A stretch of DNA of 63,154 nucleotides, counting the filler. It is 15 parts of 15 records of this genome, joined end to end, with 100 filler letters (N's around TTAATTAATTAA, not from the genome) between each part and the next. Parts side by side here need not be neighbours in the genome. Positions count along the whole stretch, not along the records: positions 32,910 to 36,332 come from SRR15195285_8041; positions 36,433 to 40,174 come from SRR15195285_8053; positions 40,275 to 43,804 come from SRR15195285_8054; positions 43,905 to 47,942 come from SRR15195285_8055; 11 more parts are not named here. One strand, given 5' to 3'. The translations under genes were made by a program, and so were the position numbers. Shown one piece after another: positions 34,000 to 46,045 of this stretch (positions are counted from its first letter, which is position 1; the number at the start of each line of letters is the position of its first letter). The notes beneath the pieces were generated by a model, which saw only the letters and a program-made list of their open reading frames with translations, made no database searches and was not told where the DNA came from.

Positions 34000-34715
34000 C
34001 GCTGACTCCTCGTACAGCCGTGTACACGTATACGGTGTGTACACACGTATGTGCTCCCCGGCCGCACCACGCACCGCGGCGTGCTCGCGCGGCGGCGTGT
34101 ACGCCGCGGTACAGGGGTTGCATGCGGTACATGTACTAGTTTGTAATTAGTACATTTGTAATAATCACTGTAATTAGTACTAGTACATGTACTAGTGCTA
34201 CAGCTGTACATCGCACATGATTTACTGTCGCACGCGCGCCGCGCGCGACGAGTACTCGAGGGCCCGCGCGCGCGCCAACCGTAGGGGCGAACGCCGTACG
34301 CCGAAGTGGCCAGGAGAGGACCAACGTTGTCGAATGATGCGATGCATAGGATCTGTACATTATCATTCGTATCCTAGCTAGAGCCGTGAAAGTGGCTATC
34401 GCAAAGGGTCTAGCTAGGATGGGACATGATACATACCATTCGAATAGTATCAGCACAATACGGGTGCTGGCTCGATGGTTACATATCGTATGATCACACG
34501 CACACACGGGTTGGGTGACAATGTATATAGTGAGCGAGAGAAGGAAGGTTCGTGGGATAGCCGCATGGACGACACGAAGACATCTGTGGGCGAGATTGTG
34601 ACGGAGGTTTACCGCCAAGGAAAATGAACTCAAGAATCTTTGCAGAGTTTACCGTCAAAGCAAAGGAAAATGAACTCAAGAATCTTTGCAGAAAATCCGT
34701 GTCTCCTCAAACCCT

Positions 34716-36332
34716 TCACTCTCCATCTTCGGAGCTCACTTGCGCTACAACCTCCTTCTCTAGGGCCTCAAATCTTCTCGTACGAGTCATGCCCACCGCG
34801 GAACTAGCACCACCACCCGAGCTGCTGCTACCGGTTTCGTTTGCAGCTGTGACATCCCGAGTAGTAAATTGGTACCAGAGCGGTGTGTTTATGGCTGTTG
34901 CGGCGTGCCACATTGAGTGTGCATCTAGCCCTGTGGCCCAAGCACACAAGCGTGCAGATTCCGTTTCATCTCGGGTGACGCTGGCACAAAGTAATGCACA
35001 GTGGAAGGCAGCGGCGTGGAAGCTGACACGATCTGCCTAAGCAACCGGAACAGATGAAAACAGAGGGTTGCAAAGCATGCAGCAACGAACCACCCCACAC
35101 CCCTTGCCACGGAGCGATCCTGGCCTCTCCAACAAGTGCGGAGAGTCCAGGTGAAGCCATGACCGTTGAGGCTAAGCACCGACGAAGGTCAGCGAAGTCA
35201 AACACTTCCAACAAGATCGATGCGCCCATTGCACAGAGGAATATCGCCAAGCTTCTCCCACCTGCAACAAGGCAACGAGACAGAGTGCGAGCAACTCAAT
35301 TTGCTCCTCAGCATAGAGCATAGCTAGTTCTGTTGTGTGTGCCAAGAGCTACGGCCGGTGGGCTCACCTGGTCTATGTGGATGATTTGAAGAGATGCACG
35401 GGACGAGTAGCCAGCACACCCATAGGATGTACCCGACTGAAGCAACCGCAAGGTTGACCTTCATGTTGTAACCATAATCAAAGAACTCAGCGGAAGGACC
35501 CGACAGCCGCAACGCGTGGTCGACGAAACCAGCACACGCCCCGACGACAAGTGCTGCCCTGGCGGTCCCGCGGGCAGCGCTGCATTGAACCAGAGTGGGA
35601 CACCATACTACACCATTCAGTGACAGTGCAAGCTAAAGAAACGTGCAGAAGGCAGGCTTCGCAGCCATACCTCTGCTGGGGCGAAAGCCCAAAAACTCGG
35701 ACTGTTGCAGCCACGGCTGCCATAAATTGGACTGCCGTGGCCGAGTGGTAGTCTAGTGCCTCCGTCACTGGCCGATCACGGGAGTGGAAGACGGATGCCC
35801 AGAACCACGCATTCATCGACACCAAACCGAGGCCGACGTAACTACAACAAGACAGAGAGCACGCGAGGATGGTGATACCGCCGTCTGATCAACTAGAGAG
35901 CTTTGAGACACGGCCACGCGAGTATACTCTGTGTTGTGTGTATGAAGCGGTAGCGGTAGCACACCAGCTGTGCGCAGGAGAGCGCTTTTCTACCGGGACA
36001 CGCCGCAGAGCCTTCAGCCCGCAGTAGTGAGCGAGTAGGTTCAGCAGCGAGAAGAAAACCGAGCCGGGCTCCTGCAGTCCGCCCACTCGCCAGAACGGCC
36101 ACCTGCCAGCGGCAGGCACGTCAGGCGACACACGTGCTGAGAGGAGCCCCCTGCACATACGGACAAGTGCCGCAACGGCGCGACTCACTTCCCGAAGTAC
36201 TGCAGCACTTCCTCCCCAGCTGCCACACGCTCAGCTGTGTGCTCATGCATGGCATTGTACAGGCAATCCTCGTTGCAACTCCACCCCGCGCCGTCGCGCA
36301 GCGCGTCTACCAGCGTTTCCTGCGCGGACGGC
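34716..36332 (-). CDS. PGAP3: Post-GPI attachment to proteins factor 3 (Per1/PGAP3), multi-exon, 5' truncated
   Basis: WSCNEDCLY…QYFG|RWPF.R..GLQEPGSVFFSLLN; NAWFWASVFHSRD..TE.LDY; FDYGYNM; LLEVFDF; DAHSMWHAAT (CREST hydrolase motifs). Confidence 0.92.
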
Positions 36333-36432
36333 NNNNNNNNNNNNNNNNNNNNNNNNNNNNNNNNNNNNNNNNNNNNTTAATTAATTAANNNNNNNNNNNN
36401 NNNNNNNNNNNNNNNNNNNNNNNNNNNNNNNN

Positions 36433-39400
36433 GTGCTGACCCGGAACGGCGTGCTCGACCAGAAGACTTCGTACGACGGGCAGCAGGTGGGACCTTCGCA
36501 CGCAACGGCTGAGTTGCACCCAGCGTACCGCTGCGGGCGGTAATCGAGGGGCCTTGGAAAGATCGGAGGAGTCACGTCATCAATCCTGCGGCCAGTACAG
36601 CTCTGTTCAGTCTTGGGCCACAAACGATGGGAGGCAGGAGGCAAGGGCCGGGCGGCGAAGAGGCTCACTTGATCCAACCTTGGTAAAAACCGATCCCAGC
36701 AAACGTCGTCACCATCCCGTGCCAGAGCGTGTGTTCGCCAGGTGTCAACATCTCCGCTGACGCGTATGTTGTCGCCATGTGGTAGCTCTCGTTGGCACAC
36801 GATGACGGCAGCTGACTTTTGGTCGTGATCCACGGCGGGAACCCCCGCTGCACGGACTGCTGCGAGCGCTCCATGACGGCCTGGCACACGTCCCAGCCGA
36901 TGCCGTGGACAGGGCCGTCATCGATGCGCCAAATCGGTCGCAAGGTAGCCCCCTCACCCATAGAGTCCGTGAAAAGCACAACAGTCGCCGCCGCAGGGGC
37001 TGTTGGGGGCGGCCGCACGATGTTCATCTCAAAGACGCTGCGCTCGATCAAGAGCTGACTATTGTGCGCAACCTCCGAGTAGATGGCACCGCTGCGAACG
37101 ACGACACATTCTCAGCGTCCGAATGTGCAGAACACGGACATGTTGTGTGATAAAGCAAGAGGGCATGCTGTTGCTTACCCTTGTTTCGTTGCAACGTTGT
37201 CCCTGAAGAGGCACCGGTCGACCTGCACGTCAATTGCCAAATCTAAAAAAATTGCGGCGCCGTAGCCGGCTTGGTTACCCATCCACTCCGAGTCCAAGAA
37301 TGTCAATCGGGGTCTGGCCAGCCTTTCTATCATACCGGTAGGCGGCATATAGCCGGCAACATTAAAGCCCCCCTTTTGCTGTGCGTCGGCGCTGAAGCGG
37401 CCGTTGCGCTCGAACCGCGCCCGCGCGACTAAGCCGGTGCCTCGGTCGGGAAAAAATGCGAAGGACCAGCCACCGTAAAGGTGAGACATCAGGGCGACGT
37501 TGTCCGTGACTATTAGGTCTGTCACGTGGAGGTTGACTTCAAACGACTTCCCGGGCCTTGTCGGGTAGATTCCGTAAACAGGACAAGGAACGAGCACCGT
37601 CGCGTGGTCGTGGTAGGTCGCGCTTGTTAGCGTGACGTTCCACGTGGCGTCCGGCTCGTCGGGCGACGCCCCATCAATCAGGAATTCAGTCGAGAGCAAG
37701 ACGCTCGACACTAGGCCCTCCGTCGAGTACCCGCCGTCGTAGAGTGTGCCTGTGTGCACGAGGGATGTGAACCCCACGCGTTTGTCTGGCCCCATTCCCT
37801 CAAGATTGTCCCAGTGGTAGCCGTCGTGGGCACACTCATTCCCAGCGGAGTTCTCGATAAAGACGCAACTCTCCCACGCGAAGGTCATCGGCCAGACATT
37901 CACTACACTAAGGCCGCCATTCCGAAAGGTAGCAACGTTCCGGAAGAACACGCAGCTTTTCCACCTCGCGACGATGCCGCTGTCCCAATTCTGCGCAATC
38001 GAGTCCGGCAGATCGTATCCAGCGCGCCCGTTGATGAACACTGCGCCACCTGTGGAGGCGCTGTTGTGGTCAAAGATCGCATGATCGAAAATCAGCTGCA
38101 CAGGGTTTTCGTGGTCGTTGCTCCCTCCCTCGTACCGAAAGGCTCCACCATAAGATCCGCCTTGACCCAGGAACCAAATTCCGCGCCCGACCCACTGTGG
38201 ATCAAGATCGACCGGAGCAGACTGTCCCGAGAACCGGACGTACCGCAGAGCAATGTTGGCGTGGGAGCGGTCAAGTGGTGTCCCGGACAATAGCCGTGCA
38301 TCTAGAAGCACTGGGAGGCCCGTTGCAGGATCAACGTTCCCTTGCACGATCCAGTTCTCTGAGTTTGGAATCGTGATCGTATTGTGGTAGTTGATGAAGC
38401 CGACCACCTCCACCGACCCTTGCCACGACGAAGCGGGGCCCTGGCGCGTGAGCGTGTACTCGTTGTCGAACATGCAGGTGACGTGCTCGTGGACACCCAC
38501 CTCACCCACACTCTCGAACGTCCACGGACCGTTGTGGCCCCCATCGTCGAGGCTCCACGTTGTGAAGCTGCCGCCCACGCTGGTGGTCGTCACGCGAATC
38601 AGCGCGTCCGTGCACTCGCCAACCACGAAGCTGGTGGTTCCACCTGCGCCTGCGTGCACGCCCGACTCTGTGTAGCCGATCACGTCAACAGAGTGTGCTG
38701 CTATCAGCGTGTGGTTGTACTCGTGCTCGCCATCTACGAGGCAGACAACCTCCGTGTGGGTGGCCTCAGTATCTATCATGGTGCTGGCGATCGTCACGTT
38801 CCGGCACGAGCGTCCAGCTCCCACCGTGAATGCAAGGGCAGCGCTTGGCGCCAGATTCATCCCCGCTCCCGGGTCGACGAAAGCATGCGTCTCGAGTCGC
38901 TGCTGCCGCATGCCAAGCAACTCTGCGGGCCAGGTCTGGGTGGACGCGTCGTAGATGAAGCAGCGCGATGGCAGGCCCGGGAAGAGCTCTTGCTGCAGAA
39001 CGGTACAGTCGTACGCGCAGCTGCTCTCCACCGCCCCGGCGTTGCTCGCCAGCGGGTCCGTGCAGCCGTGCAGCTCTGAACCGCCTTCGCCGTCCGCCAC
39101 TATCGCCACGAGGCTGTCGTCCCGGGCCTGCGTGCTAGAGTCCTCCCACTGCCACTGCAGGCGGCGCTTGTTTGTGATGTCTGTATGTATATCAACGTGC
39201 CGCAGCAGGTGCGCGCTGCGCTCCTCGTGCGATTGGTCGGTCCACTGGGGCGGACCGCTGAGGCGCGCCATGAGTTCCGGTGGCACGAGCTTTCGCACCG
39301 TCTCCAGATCGAGCAGTGGCTCGGGACGGGCGCCCATCATCTTGCCGGTGGCAAGCACGGGCTCGGTCGTTGAGCCCAGCTGACGCTCCGAGCCGCCGGT

Positions 39401-39529
39401 GCCCAGGCCGCCCTGAGCCACCGCGCCAGCAGGAGGGGAAAGCACCGCCACGGCTGCCATCGTGAACAGCAGCTCGAACGGCTGCACATTCGGCATTGCG
39501 GACAGGCACTTCGTGCGTCGGCTCTTCAT
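36433..39529 (-). CDS. Large secreted/surface protein with right-handed beta-helix (GGAI/FxxN, Pmp- or pectin-lyase-like) repeats; multi-exon, 3' truncated
   Basis: Hydrophobic N-terminal segment and GCTDPLASN motif. Repeated YGGAF, FDHNSA..GGAVF, FFRNVA, GNQAGYGAAIF, FRDNVATKQG|GAIY. The frame continues in ORF 36665-37051 and beyond. Confidence 0.65.
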
Positions 39530-39788
39530 CGCGCCAGGCCCTGGCTCTCCGTATCTCTCTTTCTTGCTGTCTCTCTTTTTGCCGCCAACTTCCCGCGCGA
39601 ATTATTTGGCCCGCGTGGTTGAGGCTTCCCTAGGGCACACGACCACACGCGTGATCCGCCAACAGTCACGTCTACTACTACTGTGGGCCGGCGTGCCTCC
39701 ACCCTAGCTAGGAACCGGCGCGCGCTGACAATCTCCACAGACTGCACTGGATTCCTGTGACACCTGAGCACATTTCGACTTTTTTATA

Positions 39789-39831
39789 CAGTCTAGCAAG
39801 TGCATTTCGACAGACTGCACTTGCTAGACTG
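39789..39831. mobile_element. Candidate micro-MITE / foldback remnant with Tc1/mariner-like ends
   Basis: TA-CAGTCTAGCAAGTGCA-(11 nt)-TGCACTTGCTAGACTG-TA. The perfect inverted repeat extends to 22 bp (39783-39837). Confidence 0.5.
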
Positions 39832-40274
39832 TATAAACTATAATAGTGTTGGCCGCGCTTGCAAACGAGACGTGAACACATTGGTCATTGTATGTCATTC
39901 TCATATTACTTGGCACTTGAGTAGATCTACTTACTATCAATACTAGCTAGTAGTACGTGTACATACCAGTACAACAGCAGTGCCATCTATTGATCAATAG
40001 TACTATTCGAAGTAGGTGTAGGATTCCTACCGGGTAGTCGGTGTTGTGTTGGCCGCAAATGAGCCTGCACGGGGGTGTAAGCTGACGGACTGAACTTTTC
40101 CAGCGTATACAAACTCGAATCAATGCGTTTGAAATTACTCACTTTTGTCCACAACTGAGTACGAAATACTAGCANNNNNNNNNNNNNNNNNNNNNNNNNN
40201 NNNNNNNNNNNNNNNNNNTTAATTAATTAANNNNNNNNNNNNNNNNNNNNNNNNNNNNNNNNNNNNNNNNNNNN

Positions 40275-42467
40275 GGCTTAGTGATGAGGAGCGACGAGCT
40301 GCAGCAGTGCTCGGGTTGACGGCGGAAAAATTCGCTGACACAGTGTTCGAACAGATGGAGATACTACATCAAAGACAAACGATCATGGTCAGCGATATGC
40401 GCGACCTGGTCAGACAAAAAGAAGACCTGGCCAGTGAAAACAAAGACCTTTTGGCTTCGATTTCAGCAGGAAGTGGATCGGTGGGCGGCACCAGCGGCAG
40501 CGATCCGCAGCAGCTGGCGGCGTTGCAGCAGCAGCTTGCTGCAGTACGACGGGAGCATGCTAGCGAATGTGCACGGCTGCAGGAGCAGCTGGGTATTGAA
40601 CAACGTCAGCGCGTAGACGAATGCGCAAGGCTCCGAGCTGATCACAGGAGAGAAATTGATCGCGTTCAGCAAGAGTCTCACAGACGGCAAAGCACACACC
40701 AAGCCGAAATCGATCGCGTTCAAACAGAGTCTCGTGGACTGAAAAGCGCACACCAAAATCTTGAGAAGAGGTATAGAGAGCTGGAACAGGAGAAGGCTGC
40801 AGTCGCCAGTCAGAAGGCTGCAGTCGACAGTCTATTTGAAAAGACGTTAACCGATGACGAACGTGGTCAAGAGCAACAGAAACGGCATGAGAAGCAGCTA
40901 GCTAACTACAGAAGAGGGAACCTGGGTATGGGTTTCTACATTAAGCAGGAAAAGATCAGGAAGGCACACTCAGAGTATCGTTGTATCCTTCTACTCTGGC
41001 ACCAGTACTGCAAAGGAAGAAGGCTAGCGAGAGAAAATGTAGACGCGCAGCTGCAGGACTCCAGAGCGAAGCAGAAGGAGTGCGAGAGGCGGGTAGCACA
41101 GCTCGAAGATTTGGAAGAGCAAAACGACGAGGAAATCCGGTCACTCACAGTGCAGCTCGGTGATGCACGACGTAGAATTGCTACTCTGGAGGAACGCTGC
41201 AAAGAACTGCAGCTTGACACGGAGCTTGCGTACGCACCGCCATCAGCTGCGCAGGGAGGCGGAGGCAGTATGTATGAGGCCAGACTGAAGGAGCGGCTAA
41301 AGACTATACAGCAAAAAAATTCTGAGCTTGAAGACTCCCAGCGGCAGTTGAAACAGCAGCTACGAGATTTGCGGATTGAACAGTCGAGCACAGCGGTGGA
41401 CCTTGAGACAGAAGCACTATCAGATTCCAAAATCAAGAGGAAGTACAAAGATCTGAACCGAGAGCATCACGCACTGCAGATGAAGTACGAGGAACACGAC
41501 TTCCACGTGGGGGAGTTGCAGCAGAAAATTCAGCAGCAGACAGCAGCCCACAGCCAGCTGCACGAACAGGCAGGTGACTTGAAAAAGACTCTGAGCCAGG
41601 TCCACACATGTGTAGAGCATGCTATCAACCAATGTGACAGCGTGCGTCAGGAGTCTGGACAGACGGTACAGGAGCTACGCTTGCAGGTGAGCAAGGTGGT
41701 AGCGTCACTCAAGCCAGCGGCAGCACGCGCTACGATGCGTCTCCGCAGACTCGGTGAAGAACACGACATCGTTCCGTCGCGGGTAGGCTCGGAGCGCTCA
41801 CCACCGCGACCGCGATATGGGTCCCCTACTCAACCGCCTCCGGCGCGGCGCCTGGTAGTAAGCGATGTCCGGTCTCCGACAGAGCGATGGCTGCCGCGCC
41901 ATGGCATCGCTCCTACCAACCGATCTCCGACAGAGGGTTCTTTTACCACCTCGCCGAACACCTCGTCGCCCCTGGGACGTCGCTCACCAGCGCAACGGCG
42001 TTTGCGACGCTCTCCAGATCGCGCGCAATTGATTGAGTTTGCAGTGCGAGGAGGAGCAAAAAAAGCACCTCTAGGGATCACATTTGGGTTTAGAGAAGGG
42101 ACGAGTCATGGCCTGCTTGAAATTCAAGAGATCCTACCGGACACGCCCGCAGCACGACGTGGAGGTAAGTCTACGAGAGCATTTCATCGTGGACAACCGT
42201 GCTGACGGTGCTCCCGCAGTTGAAATGAACGAATGGGCGCATAAACCAACTGCTGATCATGTTGCGTGCTTGTGTGTGTGTGCGCGCGCGCGTGTGTGTG
42301 TGCATTCAGAGCTTCGGCCTGGCATGCTTCTGGCCGAGGTGCAGCACCGTGAAGTCCAGCCGATTCGCGACGCAAGGGATCGCGATCGACGGTTTCGTGA
42401 AGTGAGCGACAAAATTGCAGGGAGGAGGAGGGAGGAGGATTTCGTGCTCGGGTTCAAACCCGCTTAG
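40275..42467 (+). CDS. Long coiled-coil protein with C-terminal PDZ-like domain (intron 42165-42309; 5' truncated)
   Basis: Heptad E/Q/L/R-rich ORF, an SP-rich linker, then PLGITFG…LEIQEILPDTPAARRG|ELRPGMLLAEV. Confidence 0.7.
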
Positions 42468-42697
42468 CCATCAAAACCGGTTTTGGGTAGAGCCAACACT
42501 TTGCGCCGTATGAGAAAGGAGTCCAATAGACGGCAGCGAGCCTTCGCATGTGCGGCACTATGGTCGCGTTAACAGTCCACGTGCAAATTGGCTGCGTGTA
42601 AATTGGCTACCGCGTGCATTTGACGATGCTGCTACGCCGATGCTGCCACGTGCGCTAGACCTCTATTGGGCTGCTGCACCGCCGAGATGCCGAAGGA

Positions 42698-43522
42698 TCA
42701 GCGTCTGCCGTGTGAAGTAAAATGCGAGCTGTCTCTGAACGTCGAGTGAAGCTTGAAGCCGTAGATTCTAGCCACGTATTTCTCTGTGGGCAGTGCCGGC
42801 TGCTGATCTCCGTACATGTGGAGGAATAGGTGCGGAAAAGTGGTGCCGAAGTAGCACCCGTCTAGGTCTGCACGGCCACGAGTTCATCATTAGTTGTTGC
42901 TCGAGGCATTGCGGTGGCGACAACACGGTCTGGTGGCTGGGCACTGCGCACTCATGTGTCTGCTCTGCTTCGGAAAATAAATGTCGTCGCATTTCGGGCA
43001 GAAAATCTTCACCGTCCGTTGTCGTGGGATATCTGACTGGCCCACTGGCAGGCAAGGCTGCCCTTGGCAGTACACACGTGGACACCGGCCGAAGTCGACG
43101 TGCTGGAACTTTTCCAACTGCGCGGCCACACCAAGCGGGGTGACGCGCCGGCTCGCGGCCAAGCGTGAACAAGGGGAAGGATTGGCAGGGCAAGCACGGC
43201 GGAGGGTCATGGCTCACCATGACCGCCATACCCCGTGATGTTAGGATGAATCTCGCGTGGATCAGCCCGTACAGCAGCTCCGACGCGCTCTCGATCATAT
43301 CGCTCTGTTCCTCTGTCAAGTGCTCGTCTGCAACAAGCGGCGCGATGCGCGGTGAGCCCAGCGTTGCCACAGGCTAGTGGCGGTGGCGGTGGCGGCGCAC
43401 CAGCAGACAGCTCGATGTCGAGGATGGTGTCCAGGGCGTACTCGTAGTAAGGAACCTGGCTGGCGAGTCCCGTGAGATTGAAGTCGTCCTGGATGTAGTC
43501 CTCATCGACCTCGCAGAAGAAC
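42698..43522 (-). CDS. CSNK2B: Casein kinase II regulatory beta subunit (first exon missing beyond the contig end)
   Basis: [34 protein letters not shown], zinc finger FGRCPRVYC…VKIFCPKC and [13 protein letters not shown]…RIYGFKLH across four visible exons. Confidence 0.96.
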
Positions 43523-43964
43523 CTGCCCCGACCAATGCATCTCCTCGATCAATGTCATGAAAGAGAACAGCACAGATGGCAAAGTGGCAGCGTGGAGAGG
43601 GCAGCGCCCTCGTAGCACTGCAGAGAGCAGTGCTATCGAGAAGAACTGATATATCAGCGGTACAGAAAGGGCAGGCAGAGGGAAAGAGGGCAGGGTTAGG
43701 TAGAGAATGGGCAGCGCCCTTGTTCAGCGAACGGTGGCACAGCTGTGTAGCATGGGTAGCCAGAGGGAGAGAGTGGCCAGCCATCAAGTGCAGTGGTATA
43801 GAGANNNNNNNNNNNNNNNNNNNNNNNNNNNNNNNNNNNNNNNNNNNNTTAATTAATTAANNNNNNNNNNNNNNNNNNNNNNNNNNNNNNNNNNNNNNNN
43901 NNNNGGTCCGCCGACCCAGGAATCACATTGTGATTGCCTAGTAGCGGACACGCGCGCGTGTGAG

Positions 43965-44043
43965 GGCTGACGCAGGCTGACGCATCGCAGGGCTGCAGGA
44001 CACACAGCTGACGCAGGCTCACGCAGGGCTGACGCAGGCTGAG
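43965..44043. repeat. GCTGACGCAG minisatellite immediately upstream of SelO
   Basis: About five copies of GCT(G/C)ACGCA(G/T) within 80 bp. Confidence 0.75.
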
Positions 44044-44078
44044 TCCGAGTCGGAGGCGTGCGTGACGGAGCGACACTA

Positions 44079-45917
44079 ATGCTGGGCCATGGGGGCGCTG
44101 GGCGGCTGTGTAGGCTGACGCAGCACCTGCAGGGCTGTACCTGCATTCCCTATGCGACTGCAATTGACACGGCCGGGGCGTCGGGGATGCGCTTCGACAA
44201 CACGCTGCTACGCGAGCTGACGGTCGACGACCTAGACGGCGGGGAGAGCAACGTCGCGTACGTGCGGGTGCGCGGGCACGCAGTGCGTGTCACTCCTGCG
44301 CCAGTGCCCGCGCCGCACATGGTCGCATTCGAGGAGAGCGTGGCGAAGATGATCGGTCTCGACCCTGAATTCGGGGCTGCACACCCGGACGTACTCTCTG
44401 GCAACGTGCTGCTGGACGGCATGGATCCCTTCGCCACAGCTTACGGCGTGTCCGTGTATGGTACGTATGTGACTCCAGATGACGTCGCATATGGAGATGG
44501 GCGCGCGGCGTCCCTGTGTGAAGTGCTGAACAGCGCTGGCGACCGCTGGGAACTGCAGCTCAAAGGCAGTGGCCCGACGCCCTTCTGTCGCGGTGCTGAC
44601 GGGCGTGCGGTGTTGCGCTCGTCCGTGCGCGAGTTTCTTGTGAGCGAGGCAATGTACAACCTCGGCGTGCCGACCACGCGCGCGCTCTCCCTCATCGGCC
44701 ACGAGGAGGAGATCGAGCGCCCGTGGTATGATGCCACGTCCGAGAACCCGGAGGAAGGTACGTCGCCAGATCTCTCCGCGATGTCGCCAGAGGGCCACGC
44801 GCCATTTCGGATGAAGTTGGAGACCGGTGCCATTATGTGTCGCGTCGCACCCTCCTTCCTCCGTGTCGGTCACCTCGAGCTGTTCTTTCGCCGCGCGGCC
44901 GCTGGAGAGGGCATCACAGAGTTGACGCAGATCTGTGAGCACGTCCTGCGCCGTGAGTTTCAGCAGATATGGGAAGACGCGCACACACCGACGCTCGGGT
45001 CGAAACTTGCTGCGATGGTCGAGGAGTTTGCAACCCGTCAGGCGGAGCTGGTGGCGGAGTGGCTCCGCGTTGGCTACGTCCAGGGCAACATGAACTCAGA
45101 CAACTGCACGCTCGGTGGACGAACCATTGACTACGGCCCATTTGGTATTATGGAGCGGTACGATGGGATGTGGAACCCATTCACCTCCGACCCGGAAGGA
45201 AAATTTGCCTTTCTCCGTCAACCTGGCGCAGCGCGGATCAACTTGGCAACCCTCGCGAAAATTGTCCTGGCCATGCTAGGCCCCGAGGGGGAAAATACCG
45301 AGCTAAAGGCTCGGGTCACGGCAGCCGTAGAGGAACGTTTCTCAGCGGCGTTCTTCGCCGCTCACCACGAGCACAACCGCCGCAAGCTGGGTGTCATAGA
45401 GTGGGACGAGGGAGCTGAGGAGCTTTGGGACTCGCTGCAGGGCCTAATGCAGACAACAGGGGAGGGCGTTGACTTCACCCTCCTCTACCGCCAGCTGAGC
45501 AGCTTTGATTTGCAACAAGATGATGATACCGAGGCAGGAGCAGTGATCATGGCAGTGCTCGAGGACGGTGTACCAGGTGGGTGCTTCTACGCCCCGCTTC
45601 ATGAGGAGAGCCGTGCGCAATGGACGGCATGGTGCGAGAGCTATGCTGCTCGGCTGCGAGCCGATGCTCGGGACAATGCAGAACGCAGGGCAGAGCAGAG
45701 TGCAACCAGCCCCAAGTTTGTGCCTCGAAACTGGATGCTTGTGAGAGCGTACGAAGCTGCTTACGACGGCGACTACTCCATAATCGAGGAGCTGCAGCAG
45801 CTTTTGCGAGCGCCGTATGACGAGCAGACCTCGGAGCTCAGCAAGAAATACTACAGGAGGGCTCCAGCGTGGGCGCAAGAGATGCCTGGCGTTAAGTTCA
45901 TGAGCTGATCTTCGTAG
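44079..45917 (+). CDS. SELENOO: Protein adenylyltransferase SelO (YdiU/UPF0061), predicted selenoprotein with UGA 45906-45908 read as Sec
   Basis: YGDGRA, ELQLKGSGPTPFCRGADGRAVLRSSVREFLVSEAM, GYVQGNMNSDN, TIDYGPF, PKFVPRNW. The 3' end ATG AGC TGA TCT TCG TAG reads M-S-U-S-S-*, matching the SelO-family terminal (C/U)SS motif. Confidence 0.93.
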
Positions 45918-46045
45918 CACCTGTGGGTCTGCCCCAGCAGTTGGGGAGGCTCCAGCTGCTGCAGAATTAGAAAGACGAGACAAGTAGCAAGGGTAATCTA
46001 CGGCGCAAGAAAGACAGCCTTCAAATGTCTTTGCTGGTGCAACAA

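Noticed and set aside
34607-34692. Two copies of AGGAAAATGAACTCAAGAATCTTTGCAGA resembling a CRISPR repeat
   Set aside because: Only two copies, and the intervening sequence is itself duplicated (GTTTACCG). It is a simple tandem duplication in a 3' flank.
43523-43804. 137-aa ORF and purine-rich degenerate repeats upstream of the CK2-beta exon
   Set aside because: Best explained as a repeat-containing intron, because the conserved first CK2-beta exon is missing beyond the contig end.
45934-45962. Strong hairpin CAGCAGTTGGGG/CTCCAGCTGCTG just after SelO as the SECIS
   Set aside because: It lacks the UGA/GA core and lies very close to the Sec codon. The 46046-46148 structure fits better, though an accessory role cannot be excluded.
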